A program made the position numbers and the translations under genes. 64,000 bases of DNA from the human T2T-CHM13v2.0 reference genome, Homo sapiens, in NCBI RefSeq assembly GCF_009914755.1, contig NC_060931.1; one strand, given 5' to 3'. Below, piece by piece: positions 16,258 to 32,304 of this stretch; position 1 is the first letter of the stretch, and each line of letters starts with the position of its first letter. The notes under the pieces were generated by a model. It was given only the letters and a program-made list of their open reading frames with translations. It was not told the origin of the DNA and searched no databases.

Positions 16258-18419
16258 TCCCCACCCAGTGAGTTGTAGAGTAAGAATTTAAAATCTGCCC
16301 CCGAGTGCTGGCCCCACACAGAGGATCTCTCAGCCACTTCCCTCTGTAGGGGCCTTGTGGGTTTGTAGATGTTGATCTGAGAAGCTGACACCCATAAGTG
16401 CTGTTATTGTTCACCAGGGCCTCTACCTTTTAGCATCGTTTTCAATGCTGTAGCACAAATGTTCAGTATATGAAGTGTCTAGGCACCTTGGGAAATACAT
16501 AGAGGTCTGAGGGAGCATGGGAGATTTTCTTCAAAGACTAGCTGCTTGTTGGACATCTGTGTGTTGAGCAGGGTCAACCAAATTTATTATATCTGAAAAT
16601 TTTTAATCAGAAATGTTTGCTTCAGGGAAAAGGAATAAAGCATTCTACTAGGTACTTGAGTGAAATTTTTATCATTTAATGCTCACAATAACCAATGAAA
16701 CACATATTATTATTTAAATTCTTGTAGAAAAGGAAACTGAAGCTTAGCATGATTTAACAACATGCCAGAGGTCACATAGCTAGCAAGTAGCTTAATCTGG
16801 TTTTAAATGCAGCTCTTTCTCATTCTAAAGTCCAAAAATATAGAAGGTTTGGGGGAAACTGGGGAAGATATTTAGTCCACTGCTTTGAAAAATGATTGTC
16901 CTGGGCAAAAGCCCCAATCCCTGTGAGGTATTCATGGTTCAATAAATTAGGAAGCATTGTTCATTCCACCCTGGTTGGGAGCATCTCAAGGCATATTAGC
17001 ATAGTGAAAATCCTAAGAGTTTCTGCTACCAGGACTGTTCCTGCTTAATCACCATTTCCTAAATGTATTTTGCCATCATGCCTCTTTCTACCACCATTCG
17101 TTGTTGTTTAAGAGACTGTTCTTTGCTTCCATGTAAGATATATTAACATCCCGTGCACTTTGGATTACGATCCACTGGATACTTTATTCTGCTCTGATAA
17201 GACAGTCAAGGTCATGACAGGGATAGGCAATCCTTAATAACTCTTTGTGTGTATGTATGTGTGTATGAGACACAGAGACAGAGAGAAAGAAAGAGAATGA
17301 GGGAGAGAGAGACAGAAAGAACACACAGAGAGCACACGAGCCTGAGAACCTAAGCACCATCCCCATGTCTAATTGAGAAGAGGAACATGGGAATGTACAC
17401 AGATAAACAAATGTGTCACTTCACTTGCTTTTCCTACAACTGAGCTCAAGGATCTGCCTCAACTTTTCTTCTTACCCTTTCTCATATGAATGTTGCAAGT
17501 GTGAATGGAAATAATTATGAATGGGAAATAATTTTGTCAGAGATTAGCATGTTTTGCTGGGGGTGGTGGGAGTTGGGGAGGGAGGGGGAATGAGGAGGAA
17601 AGGAAAGGTAGAGACACGAATTCATTTCCTGGTGTGAACAGAGGATGCAACTGTGAGATGTGACAGAATGCACCAGGATCCCTGAGGAAAGCTGTCAGGA
17701 CAATCAGGACCCAACTTCCCTGAGACATTGCAGATGCAGCCCTGACCTATAGCAAGGAGTAGAGAGAGGGGCTGAGAGTGAAATTTTAGAGTCTTCTCTA
17801 AAATTTTAGATCCATATCTCAGGTATATGCACTGGACTGGACAATACTTAAGGTTACTTACCGATCAATGCATGATGATTTGATGATTTTGACCATCTTT
17901 ACGAAAGGGTTACTAACAACCATCATTATAAAATTCTTCTTCAGAATGCTGCTTGGTAAGTAGCTCCCAATGCAGATTCTCCCAGCTTCTCACTAAAATA
18001 CTCATAAGGAAGCAGAATAAGAGAAAATTCCCAGAATTAGAAACTGGAATTTATAGACACGTTACTGTTAGGATTTCTAATGCGTCCATACTCAATATAA
18101 TACTTAAAAAAAGATCAGTTTGTGCCATGCCCTGGTTCAATATTTAACGAAATAGTAGGTGTTTCTTTCATTCCTTATCATCTCCTGCAGACTTAAGAAC
18201 TAGGACCAGTACCTAAAAGATTAGTACTGTCTTTATCCTTCAGTCTTCCTTCCACATTCCACTTTTCAATTCTAAGGCAGGGACGATAAATCTCAGAGCT
18301 CAATTAGGACATATAAAGGGCAGAACTTTAGCAGAGTACACTCTGAAAAGTTCCATCCCATAAAAAAATTGGTGAAGTTTGAGGCTGAGGAAGGAAAAAT
18401 TCACACAGTACTGAAAGCT

Positions 18420-18907
18420 TGTGAAGACTGAACTCTGACCTTTTTTCCTGGCTCAAAATCCTTTTCAATGGGTCTGGGAAAACTTAACACCTTATAAGCC
18501 ATAAAATCTCCTTAAACAGATTTTTTTGGTCCAGTGTAGTGTGGCTTACTTCCAATCTGACCCTAGTTTGGCATCACATGCCAGGTAACAAACCGCCTTA
18601 TCTTAACTTGGGCATTCCTTTCTGCTGACTTAAAGTTTTTTGATAAAGCTTAACCCTTTCAACCAATTGCCAACTAAAGAATCCCTAAAAGCCATCTTTG
18701 CCTTGTAAGTTCCTGTTTTGAGATGTCCCACTTTTTAGGGCCAAACCAATATATAACTCTCATGTATTGATTTATTATTTTACCTGCAATTCCTGTCTCC
18801 CAGAAATGTACAAAACCACATTATAACCTGACTTCCTCCATCACACTTTGTGTTTCCCCAAGCCATGGTCACTCATATTGGCTCAAAATAAACCACTTTT
18901 TTAAAAT
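18420..18907 (+). mobile_element. ERV1 LTR (MER39/MER34-like) missing its 3' terminus
   Basis: Starts TGTGAAGACTGAACTCTGACC; ends ...GGTCACTCATATTGGCTCAAAATAAAC and runs into the L1 tail without a terminal CA segment. Confidence 0.65.
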
Positions 18908-19137
18908 TTATTATTATTTTTTATTTATTATTATTATACTTTAAGTTTTAGGGTACATGTGCACAATGTGCAGGTTAGTTACATATGTATACATGTGCCA
19001 TGCTGGTGCGCTGCACCCACTAACTCGTCATCTAGCATTAGGTATATCTCCTGATGCTATCCCTCCCCCCTCCCCCCACCCCACAACAGTCCCCAGAGTG
19101 TGATATTTCCCTTCCTGTGTCCATGTGTTCTCATTGT

Positions 19138-22965
<3,828 letters not shown>

Positions 22966-23021
22966 TTAGCTGGTTATTTTGCTCGTTAGTTAATGCAGTT
23001 TCTTCCTAGTCTCGATGGTCT

Positions 23022-24038
23022 TTACATTTTGGCACGATTTTGCAGTGTCTGGTACCGGTTGTTCCTTTCCATGTTTAGTGCTTCCTTCAGGAGCTCTTTT
23101 AGGGCAGGCCTGGTGGTGACAAAATCTCTCAGCATTTGCTTGTCTGTAAAGTATTTTATTTCTCCTTCACTTATGAAGCTTAGTTTGGCTGGATATGAAA
23201 TTCTGGGTTGAAAATTATTTTCTTTAAGAATGTTGAATATTGGCCCCCACTCTCTTCTGGCTTGTAGAGTTTCTGCAGAGAGATCTGCTGTTAGTCTGAT
23301 GGGCTTCCCTTTGAGGGTAACCCGACCTTTCTCTCTGGCTGCCCTTAACATTTTTTCCTTCATTTCAACTTTGGTGAATCTGATAATTATGTGTCTTGGA
23401 GTTGCTCTCCTCGAGGAGTATCTTTGTGGCGTTCTCTGTATTTCCTGAATCTGAATGTTGGCCTGCCTTGCTAGATTGGGGAAGTTCTCCTGCATAATAT
23501 CCTGCAGAGTATTTTCCAACTGGGTTCCATTCTCCCCATCATTTTCAGGTACACCAATCAGACGTAGATTTGGTCTTTTCACATAGTCCCATATTTCTTG
23601 GAGGCTTTGCTCATTTCTTTTTATTCTTTTTTCTCTAAACTTCCCTTCTCGCTTCATTTCATTCATTTCATCTTCCATCGCTGATACCCTTTCTTCCAGT
23701 TGATCGCATCGGCTCCTGAGGCTTCTGCATTCTTCACGTAGTTCTCGAGCCTTGGTTTTCAGCTCCATCAGCTCCTTTAAGCACTTCTCTGTATTGGTTA
23801 TTCTAGTTATACATTCTTCTAAATTTTTTTCAAAGTTTTCAACTTCTTTGCCTTTCGTTTGAATTTCCTCCCATAGCTCGGAGTAATTTGATCATCTGAA
23901 GCCTTCTTCTCTCAGCTCGTCAAAGTCATTCTCCACCCAGCTTTGTTCCATTGCTGGTGAGGAACTGCGTTCCTTTGGAGGAGGAGAGGTGCTCTGCTTT
24001 TTAGAGTTTCCAGTTTTTCTGCTCTGTTTTTTCTGCAT
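23022..24038 (-). pseudogene. L1 ORF1 with premature stop at codon 49
   Basis: ATG at 24038, 338-codon span; CGA>TGA at 23892-23894; downstream 248 aa open (ORF track). Confidence 0.93.
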
Positions 24039-24945
24039 CTTTGTGGTTTTATCTACTTTTGGTCTTTGATGATGGTGATGTACAGATGGGTTTTTGGTGT
24101 GGATGTCCTTCCTGTTTGTTAGTTTTCCTTCTAACAGACAGGACCCTCAGCTGCAGGTGTGTTGGAGTACCTGGCCGTGTGAGGTGTCAGTCTGCCCCTG
24201 CTGGGGGGTGCCTCTCAGTTAGGCTGCTCGGGGGTCAGGGGTCAGGGACCCACTTGAGGAGGCAGTCTGCCCGTTCTCAGATCTCCAGCTGCATGCTGGG
24301 AGAACCACTGCTCTCTTCAAAGCTGTCAGACAGGGACATTTAAGTCTGCAGAGGTTACTGCTGTCTTTTTGTTTGTCTGTGCCCTTCTCCCAGAGGTGGA
24401 GCCTACAGAGGCAGGCAGGCCTCCTTGAGCCATGGTGGGCTCCACCCAGTTGGAGCTTCCCAGCTGCTTTGTTTACCTAAGCAAGCCTGGGCAATGGTGG
24501 GCACCCCTCCCCCAGCCTCGCTGCCACCTTGCAGTTTGATCTCAGACTGCTGTGCTAGCAATCAGCGAGACTCCGTGGGTGTAGGACCCTCCGAGCCATG
24601 TGCGGGATATAATCTCCTGGTGCGCCGTTTTTTAAGCCTGTCAGAAAAGTGCAATATTCGGGTGGGAGTGACCCGATTTTCCAGGTGCCATCTGTCACTC
24701 CTTTCTTTGTCTAGGAAAGGGAACTCCCTGACCCCTTGTGCTTCCCGGGTGGGGCAATGCCTCACCCTGCTTCAGCTCATGCACGGTGCGCGCACCCACT
24801 GACCTGCACCCACTCTCTGGCACTCCCTAGTGAGATGAACTCGGTACATCAGATGGAAATGCAGAAATCACCCGTCTTGTGCATCACTCACGCTGGGAGC
24901 TGTAGACCGGAGCTGGTCCTATTCGGCCATCTTGGCTCCTCCCTC
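24039..24945 (-). promoter_or_regulatory. L1 5'UTR: sense promoter (-) and antisense promoter (+)
   Basis: Intact YY1 site CAAGATGGCCG (~24924-24934); antisense promoter is an established property of L1PA 5'UTRs; partial CpG decay. Confidence 0.75.
24494..24802 (+). CDS. L1 ORF0 homologue, open for 102 codons (expression unknown)
   Basis: MVGTPPPASLPPCSLISDCCASNQRDSVGVGPSEP... matches primate L1 ORF0; GCAATGG Kozak context; donor CCAG|GTGCCA at 24684/24685. Confidence 0.45.
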   Translation: MVGTPPPASLPPCSLISDCCASNQRDSVGVGPSEPCAGYNLLVRRFLSLSEKCNIRVGVTRFSRCHLSLLSLSRKGNSLTPCASRVGQCLTLLQLMHGARTH

Positions 24946-25470
24946 AGAAGTACTTCTTAAATAAAAACCCCAAAGCACAAACTATAAGGCAAAACTGTTT
25001 TTTGACAACATCAAAATTAAAGACCTCTGTCCAATATACCGCTCTATAGATTACATTAACATATGGGTGGCAGATTAGGAAAACATATTTGCACCTTTAA
25101 AAACCAACAAGGGATTAATCTGGAAAGTACAAGGGACTCTTATGAATCAATCAGAAACAAAAATGAATGCAGTACAAAAACAGGCAAAAGTTGTGACTAT
25201 AGTATTCAAAGAAAGGTGGGCATGAAATGATAACCAGTATATGAAGAGATTCTCAACCTCATTACTCAAGGTATAATTAGATAACATTTAAACAATACAA
25301 ACATATCAGTTTATACCCATCCGAATGAAAATCAGAGTGCACCCAAAATTAGCAAGGCTTGGGAAATTATATCTCTCTTGCACTACCCATATGAGTGTGG
25401 ACAATACAACACCCTTCTGGAGAGCAATGTGGCTGAACTGAATGAAATTAAGTGTGCCTAAACCCTCCTG
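24946..25470 (+). mobile_element. Ancient L1M(E) ORF2 3' fragment
   Basis: CCCAAAGCACAAACTATAAGG...ACATCAAAATTAAAGACCTCTGT...ATGAAGAGATTCTCAACCTCATTA. Confidence 0.6.
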
Positions 25471-25643
25471 AGTAGACAATGGCCTGACCTGTGAAGATGA
25501 GTAGGAACAGTGATGCCATAAGGAGGAATCAACAGAAATGCACCCAGATTACTCAAGTCAGCTATGGCATAAAATTCTCCTTATGGTAATAAGGTGGACC
25601 ACTGATGGTTGATGTTACTCACACCCACCTTATGCTCCCAACC

Positions 25644-26064
25644 TGATACGATTTGGATGTTTGTCCCCTCCAAATCTCAAGTTGAAATGTGACTTCCAGT
25701 GTTGGAGGTGGGCCTTGTGGGCAGTGTTTTCATCCTGGGGGTGGATCCCTCACTAATGGCTTGGTGCCCTCCCCACAGTAATGAGTGAGTTCTAGGTCTG
25801 TTAGTTCATGTGAGAGCTGGTTGCTTAAAAGAGTGTGACACTCACCAACTCCCCACCGTTGCTCCCTCTCTCACCATGTGAGATGCCTGCTCTCCCTTTG
25901 CCTTCCACCATGATGGAAAGCTTCCTGAAGCCCTCACCAGAAGCAGATGCCAGGGCCATGCTTCCTGTACAACCTGCAGAATAGTAAGCCAATTAAACCT
26001 CTTTTCTTTATCAATTACCCAGCCTTGGGTACCTCTTTATAGCAATGCAAAAGAACTAATTACA
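25644..26064 (+). mobile_element. MSTB-like MaLR solo LTR
   Basis: TGATACGATTTGGATGTTTGTCCCCTCCAAATCTC...TTTATAGCAATGCAAAAGAACTAATTACA; near TSD CAACC/CACCC. Confidence 0.85.
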
Positions 26065-26449
26065 CACCCCAAACAACAAAATGATAGTCTAAGTAAGGCT
26101 CTAGGCCTCTTGGACCATCTTTGAAGCTATGGCAAGAGCTTCATTCTTTCAGGCTAGCTGGGATGTCTAAATGTTGGAGGTCTCCCCTTCCGTTAAAGAG
26201 AGACCCCAGGATCTCTAATCATTCACAACATCATGGATCTTAAGTATATTATTTGCACAAAAACAAACTAAAAATGTAAATGTAGCCATATCTGAATCAT
26301 CATTCACAGCAATCCTTGATTTTCCAGGCTTTGTGACTAATTAGCTACCCAAATCCTTAAATCTGATTTCTAGGTATATATTCCAAACAAAACCCAAAAC
26401 AGGGTCATGGAAGACCAGTCATGAAAGAAATAAACAAGAATGCTTACAG

Positions 26450-27000
26450 TTTCATTGTGGGTGAATGGGTAGCGTTGAAGCCCAACTGAGTTTCCAGCAA
26501 TTGTGGAATGAAAGTAATGTAAACTGATTGAGTTGGGTGTTCAGATGATGAGTGGGAACTATAGAAACAAGTCAGGAGAAATTTGTCCCAAAAGAGAAAG
26601 CAGCATCTACAGGGTTGTGATGTGTGAGGAGAAATGTTTGGGGTCCGTGAAACAGTGACAATCATGAGTGAGTGGCATGTTAAATTACTACTAGCTGCGA
26701 GGATAGATTGGAGTGAGAGGAAGTCAGGAAGCAAGAAGAATGACAAGCTGGCTGCTGTCACTCAGGAAAAAATGTTCAGGCGTGAAGAGGTCGTGGCTGT
26801 GGAGACGGAGGGAAAAGGATAAACTTGACAGGAATTCAGGAGAAAGAACTGACAAAACTTGGTTGTGATGAGAATGAAGAAGAAAGGATAAGCCTGGAAT
26901 AATCCCCACATTTCTGGCTTGGATTCTGAGTGAATGGTTATGTCATTAATTGAGATCAGAAATACAGGGGGAACATTTTCTGGTGTTAACAAGTACGAGG
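26450..27000 (-). mobile_element. LINE-2 fragment
   Basis: Degenerate purine-rich L2 sequence (GAATAATCCCCACATTTCTGGCTTGG...ATGTCATTAATTGAGATCAGAAATACAGG). Confidence 0.55.
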
Positions 27001-27446
27001 CTATGAACAACAGTGATTAACTCGCTATTGACTCACTGATCCAGAACTTTCAAGTTTCATGGGTAAGAAAGCCACTTAAATATTTACCATGAGGTATGGT
27101 AAGTGATATTACGGTAATATATGCAACGCATGGTTAAAGGCATCAGTAAGGCTGGATTAACTCTGTCTTAGGAAACACACAGGGTAGTGTAGTTCAGAGT
27201 GCAGACCCCCGAGCTGACTACCTAGGTTTGAATCCTGATTATTCCTCAGAGAAGTTGTGTTCCTTAACCTTTCCGTGTCTAAGGTTTCTCCACTTCAAAA
27301 TGGAATAATGGCAGCATGTATAACATGGGGTTGAGGTGAGGCTTAAATTAGAATAGCGTTGGGAACATAGTGCTCAAATAAATTGGCAAGTAAGGTATCA
27401 AGGAGAGATTTATAAAGAAAAATCATCTGTAAGCCAAGCCCTGGCA

Positions 27447-28724
27447 AGTTGGTGCAAAAATAACTGCGATTTTTGCGTCGTTGAAATTTGCTGTTTGATA
27501 TTGGAATACATTCTTAAATAAATGTTGTTAGTTACACATCATTTTAATGCACGTATCTCACTTTTTTTTTTTTTTTTTGCTAATGACTTACTACTTGCTG
27601 TTTATTTTATATTTATTTCAGATTATGGAAATGAGGTTAGACAAAAAGTAAATTTGAGTGATTTTTTTTTTATTCGAGTTCAAAATGGGTGGTAAAGGAG
27701 CAGAGACAACTTGCAACATCGACAATGCATTTGGCCCAGGAATTGCTAACTAACGTACAGTGCAGTGGTGGTACAAGAAGTTTTGCAAAGGGAAAGGAGA
27801 GACTTGAAGATGAGGAGTGTAGTGGCTGGCCATGGAAAGTTGACAACAACCAATTGAGAGCAATCATCAAAGCTGATCCTCTTACAACTACCGAGAAGTT
27901 GACAAAGAACTCAAGGTCAACCATGCTATGGGCATTCAGCATTTGAAGCAAATTGGAAAGGTGAAAAAGCTCAATAAGTGGGTACCTGATGAGCTGAGGG
28001 AAAATGTAAAAAATCATCATTTTGAAGCATTGCCTTCTCTTATTCTACACAACAACAACAAACCATTTCTTGATAGGATTGTGACGTGCAATGAAAAGTG
28101 GATTTTATAGACAACCAGTGATGACAAGCTCAGTGGCTGGACTGAGAAGAAGCTCCAAAGCACTTCCCAAAGCCAAACTTGCATTAACAAAAGGTCATGG
28201 TCACTGTTGTGTGGTCTGCTGCTGGCCTGATCCACTATAGCTTTCTGATTCCCTGCGAAACCATTATATCTGAGAAGTATGCTCAGCAAATAGATTAGAT
28301 GCATGGAAAACTGCAAGGCCTGCAGTCAGCACTGGTCAACAGAAAGGACCCAATTCTTCTCCACAACACCCAACTGCATGTCACACAACCAACACTTCAA
28401 AAGTTTAACCAACTTGGCCACGAAGTTTTTGCCTCATCCGCCATATTCACCTGACCTCTCACCAACAGACTACCACTTCTTCAAGCACGTCAACAGTTTT
28501 TGCAGAGAAAACGCTTCCACAACCAGAAAGATGCAGAAAATGCCTTCCAAGAGTTCATCGAATCCTGAAGCATGGATTTTTATGCTACCGGAATAAACAA
28601 ATTTTCTTATTGACAAAAATGTGTTGATGGGAATAGTTCGTATTTTGATTAACAAAGATGTGCTTGAGCCTAGTTATAATGATTTAAAATTCACAGTCCA
28701 AAACCGCAATTGCTTTTGCACCAA
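27447..28724 (+). mobile_element. Hsmar1 mariner transposon, near full length
   Basis: ITRs GTTGGTGCAAAAATAACTGCGATTTT and AAAACCGCAATTGCTTTTGCACCAA; ~1.28 kb; transposase motifs inside. Confidence 0.95.
27625..28651 (+). pseudogene. Hsmar1 transposase, disrupted
   Basis: WVPDEL (WVPHEL), IVTCNEKW (first catalytic D>N) and HPPYSPDLSPTDYHFF, split across separate short ORFs by stops and frameshifts. Confidence 0.92.
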
Positions 28725-29859
28725 TACTTAGGAATTTTTCAAGTGGACCAACCAGGAAAGTGTCAAGCAGAAGGAAAAGTGCATGCAAAGTCATGGAGGC
28801 AAGATAGAGCAGAGAATCTGGGAAGGTGTGACCAGCTCAGTGTGGCTGGATGAGGGTGGAGCCCTGATTTTATTAAACCAGAGTTTTTGCTATTCTTTTT
28901 CATCCTCCTTTCCACTGCCTACCATTTCCTCTTTCAAGTACTTCCTTTCCTTTTTCTGCTTTTTGTCTTTGTCTTACAGATGGCTACTCACGGATCTCTG
29001 TATTTGGTTGTCTGTGCCCTCTGTATCATGCCTGCATCCATAATTAATCCCAAAGCCAAAAGCAAGTTACTCCTTATTGTTTACATGTCTCCTGTCCTGA
29101 CCTGGGTCCTATAGCAGCAGGTCTCAGTCCCACCATACTGGACCCCATATTCCTTAGAACCTTCATCTTGATCCTTAGACATGACATTCTACATTGTATT
29201 CATAGGTATGGCTTTGGTTCCTCTTGATTAGGATTTCGATTTTTACACTATCCATCCAGTCTACCTTGGGTAAATAGTCCTTTTGGACTGACCTGCCCCA
29301 TGATGCTCATCTTGGTGCTAACCTAGTGGATGATGGGTCTTATTGTTTGCTTCTGGCTCATAAAGCAGGAAGTAGATGCAGTGAGGGTTCAACTGTCCCC
29401 TTTACTGGTGTACAGTGGAAAAGCTTTATACCTGTCCATGTTATTTGGGGGATGTTGGCTTTATGCCTATATCCCCCAGTGACAAAATCTCTCTGACAGG
29501 TGACTGGAAGGTTGAGATGCTGAGCATGGCACTGGGCCAGAAATAAGATTACGATATCACTTATTTCATGGCCTGTAGTCCATAGTCTTCCTAGAAATGA
29601 TCAAAAAAGCAATACTGATAGAAGAAGCAAATTCAGGACAAACAGGCCATCCAAAAGAGATATGATATTTCAGGTTGCTACTAGAGAGGAGGAGTCCAAG
29701 TAGATCCAAGAGACAGAACCTGGGAAAACTAGGTGAAAGCAAGAGAAGTCAAAGTCAAGGTGAAAGGAAGCAAGCCAAGTTTTAAACAACCTGTCTCTAA
29801 TGATCTGGTCAGGACATTAGAGAAGGCTAAGGAAGATGGGCACTGGATCATCTAACAGT

Positions 29860-30106
29860 CACTGGGAGGCTGTGGAAATTGGTTAGGATTTTCTGGGGAC
29901 CAACAGTACAATTTACTGTCTGTGGACAACACTATTGTAAGGAAATGTGCTCAAGGCACTATGATCTTATAAAAAAGATATTCACTGGGAAGCTATGGAA
30001 ACTGGTCAGGATTTCCTGGAGACCAACAGTACAATTTACTGTTTTTGGATGACTCTATTTTAAGGAAATGTGCTCAAGGCACTATGATCTTACACAAGGA
30101 TATTCA
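29860..30106. repeat. Two-copy tandem duplication, 123-bp period
   Basis: 29860-29982 vs 29983-30104 align at roughly 87% by hand. Confidence 0.92.
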
Positions 30107-31800
30107 GGCTTGAAGATAGAAACATGAGTTGTAGTTCAGGTCATGTGACCTTGGGCAAAGAAAGTCACCTCTCTTAAGCTTTAGCTTCTGACATGTTAAA
30201 TGTAGGGGAGAAAACAAAACAAGATTCCTGCTCGAGGTATCCCACAGGTCTTTAGAAACAAAACGAAACAAAACAAAACAAAGCATAACAAAATAATAGA
30301 TATAAAACCACTTAATGAAACTTCAAAGCCAGTAGTAATAGAGCAAATTATAGTCATTAATGCGACTTCGCTGGAGGAAGAAATGTTAACAATAGAACAT
30401 ACTTGCTCTTTCAAGTGTTTGCCAGTTTGTGGGAACAGGGAAATAAGGATGGAGGTCTGACCTAGGAATAAAATTACCAATTCATTCTGTCTTCCTTTCA
30501 GGGTTCTTATGACAATTAACTTGCCAAGATTCAACCGCAAGACCATATGTTGCTGAGATCACATGGGGAGATGAGATTTCTTTTGATTATTTGTTTGTAT
30601 TAACATTATTAGAATAGTGCTTCATTTATTACACTGGCCCAAATTCAATCTGTCAGGAGGGTTCCCAGCACATGAAGGTATAAAAACACTCTCAAACGCA
30701 AGTGGTTTTCTCAAATAGGAGAACCCTAAGCTCACCTCCTCCTCAGACCTTGTTAGCAATCGCCTGTGTCCTTAGGCAGGATGATACTCACACTAATGAT
30801 AGGTGAATGACATTCACACTGATAACAGGCCTGAACCGTTCTAAAGTATTGAACATCCTTCTGAATTGTGAAAGGAATATTAATGTGCAGTAATGACAGC
30901 CTTAACATTTAATGTATTTTAATGATTCTAATTATTTGGAAGTTGGTAATCAGTGTCTTCACTCAAGCTAGGTCATTTGATTAACCAGACCACCCATTTT
31001 CTGAGCACACAGAACAATTAGATATACATTAAACTACTTCCACCAATGCTTCTCGTTCTCAATTACAAACAATATGCTGCATTCAGACACTAAAGTGTAG
31101 AATCATTATAATACCCCCATCACAGTTATTATTTTCTAAGTCATAAGTTAGCCCATCAGACAACACTTCTGCTTCTTCAGTCTCATCTCTCTCTTTTGTT
31201 TCCATATAGTCTATGTTTCAGCCACACAGACTTCTTCACAATTCCCTGAATGTACCATTCTGTTGGCTAATTTTGTGCATCTTGTATATGGTGCTCTGTT
31301 TGCCTTCAATGTCCTCCCCACAGCCCCAACCCTATTCAACCCTCGTTCATCAGGAAAGTTCCTATTCGTGCTTCAAAACTCATCACAGGCATTATCCCCT
31401 GGGAGAGGGCTTCCCAAATTCCCTATGGATAACTCATCACCTCTCCCTCTGTGGCCTCAATATTCCTCCACGGAAGTTACTAGTTGTTTTTACACTTGTG
31501 GCCCTAAAAGGCTGCACGTTCTTAGGGGGAGAGGAAAGCAATTTGTTCATCTTCACATCTCCTTTTTCCAGACGAGTGTCTGGCATGAAGTAGAGCTTAT
31601 AAAATCCTGAGGGTCCGTGAATGCTGGAAGTCTCTTTCAGTCTGATTTAGTTGTCTGAAGGTGCCATTCTGTCGCAGGCTTCTGTTTTGATTGTTTCCTG
31701 ATCCCTTTGGATGAGGAAAACAGGTTTTTCCTTAGGACAATGGGTGTGGATTATGAAAATGTTATGCAAGATTAGTCAAATGCTACACTGTTTCCTTCAG

Positions 31801-31924
31801 GAACTTTCAGATGGCTCAGGAGTGGAGCTTTTGTGGCAGGTGGGTAGAGGCTGCTGGAGGGGGCTTTCATGATCATCTGCTTTGAGGGATAAACATTGCT
31901 TGTCCCCTCCTCCAACTAAGGAAG
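31801..31924 (+). other. Candidate non-coding exon (124 nt)
   Basis: Acceptor CTGTTTCCTTCAG|G and donor AAG|GTAAGA; stops in all three frames. Confidence 0.35.
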
Positions 31925-32036
31925 GTAAGACTGTTTATCAAAAACTTTTGTATGTGTGTGCTCTAGGAACCTAAATATTCTCCATGATCATTTCAAAAAA
32001 GGGACACAAAACGTTTACCTTCTTCTCTCCCTCTAG

Positions 32037-32304
32037 ATTGTAACCTAGCTAATAGGCTTCCTTTAAATGCAGGTGAAATTGATCAGACTGAAGTTGTTAG
32101 AATCAAATAAAATAATGTTAAATGCTGTTGGTGATAAAGGAGTTGAAATGTAAGAAGGAATATTGAGTATTGGCCATTTCCTGGATGGGGGCAGAGGAGA
32201 AAAAAGCTAATCTGGAGTTGTGGGGGCTAATAATTGACAATTAAATATTGTGGTTTTGAGAGCTAGCCAATTCCAGGGAATGAGGGAGAGAGAGAGTCCA
32301 GCAG
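32037..32304 (+). other. Candidate exon (268 nt)
   Basis: Acceptor CCTTCTTCTCTCCCTCTAG|A and perfect donor CAG|GTAAGT at 32304/32305. Confidence 0.3.
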
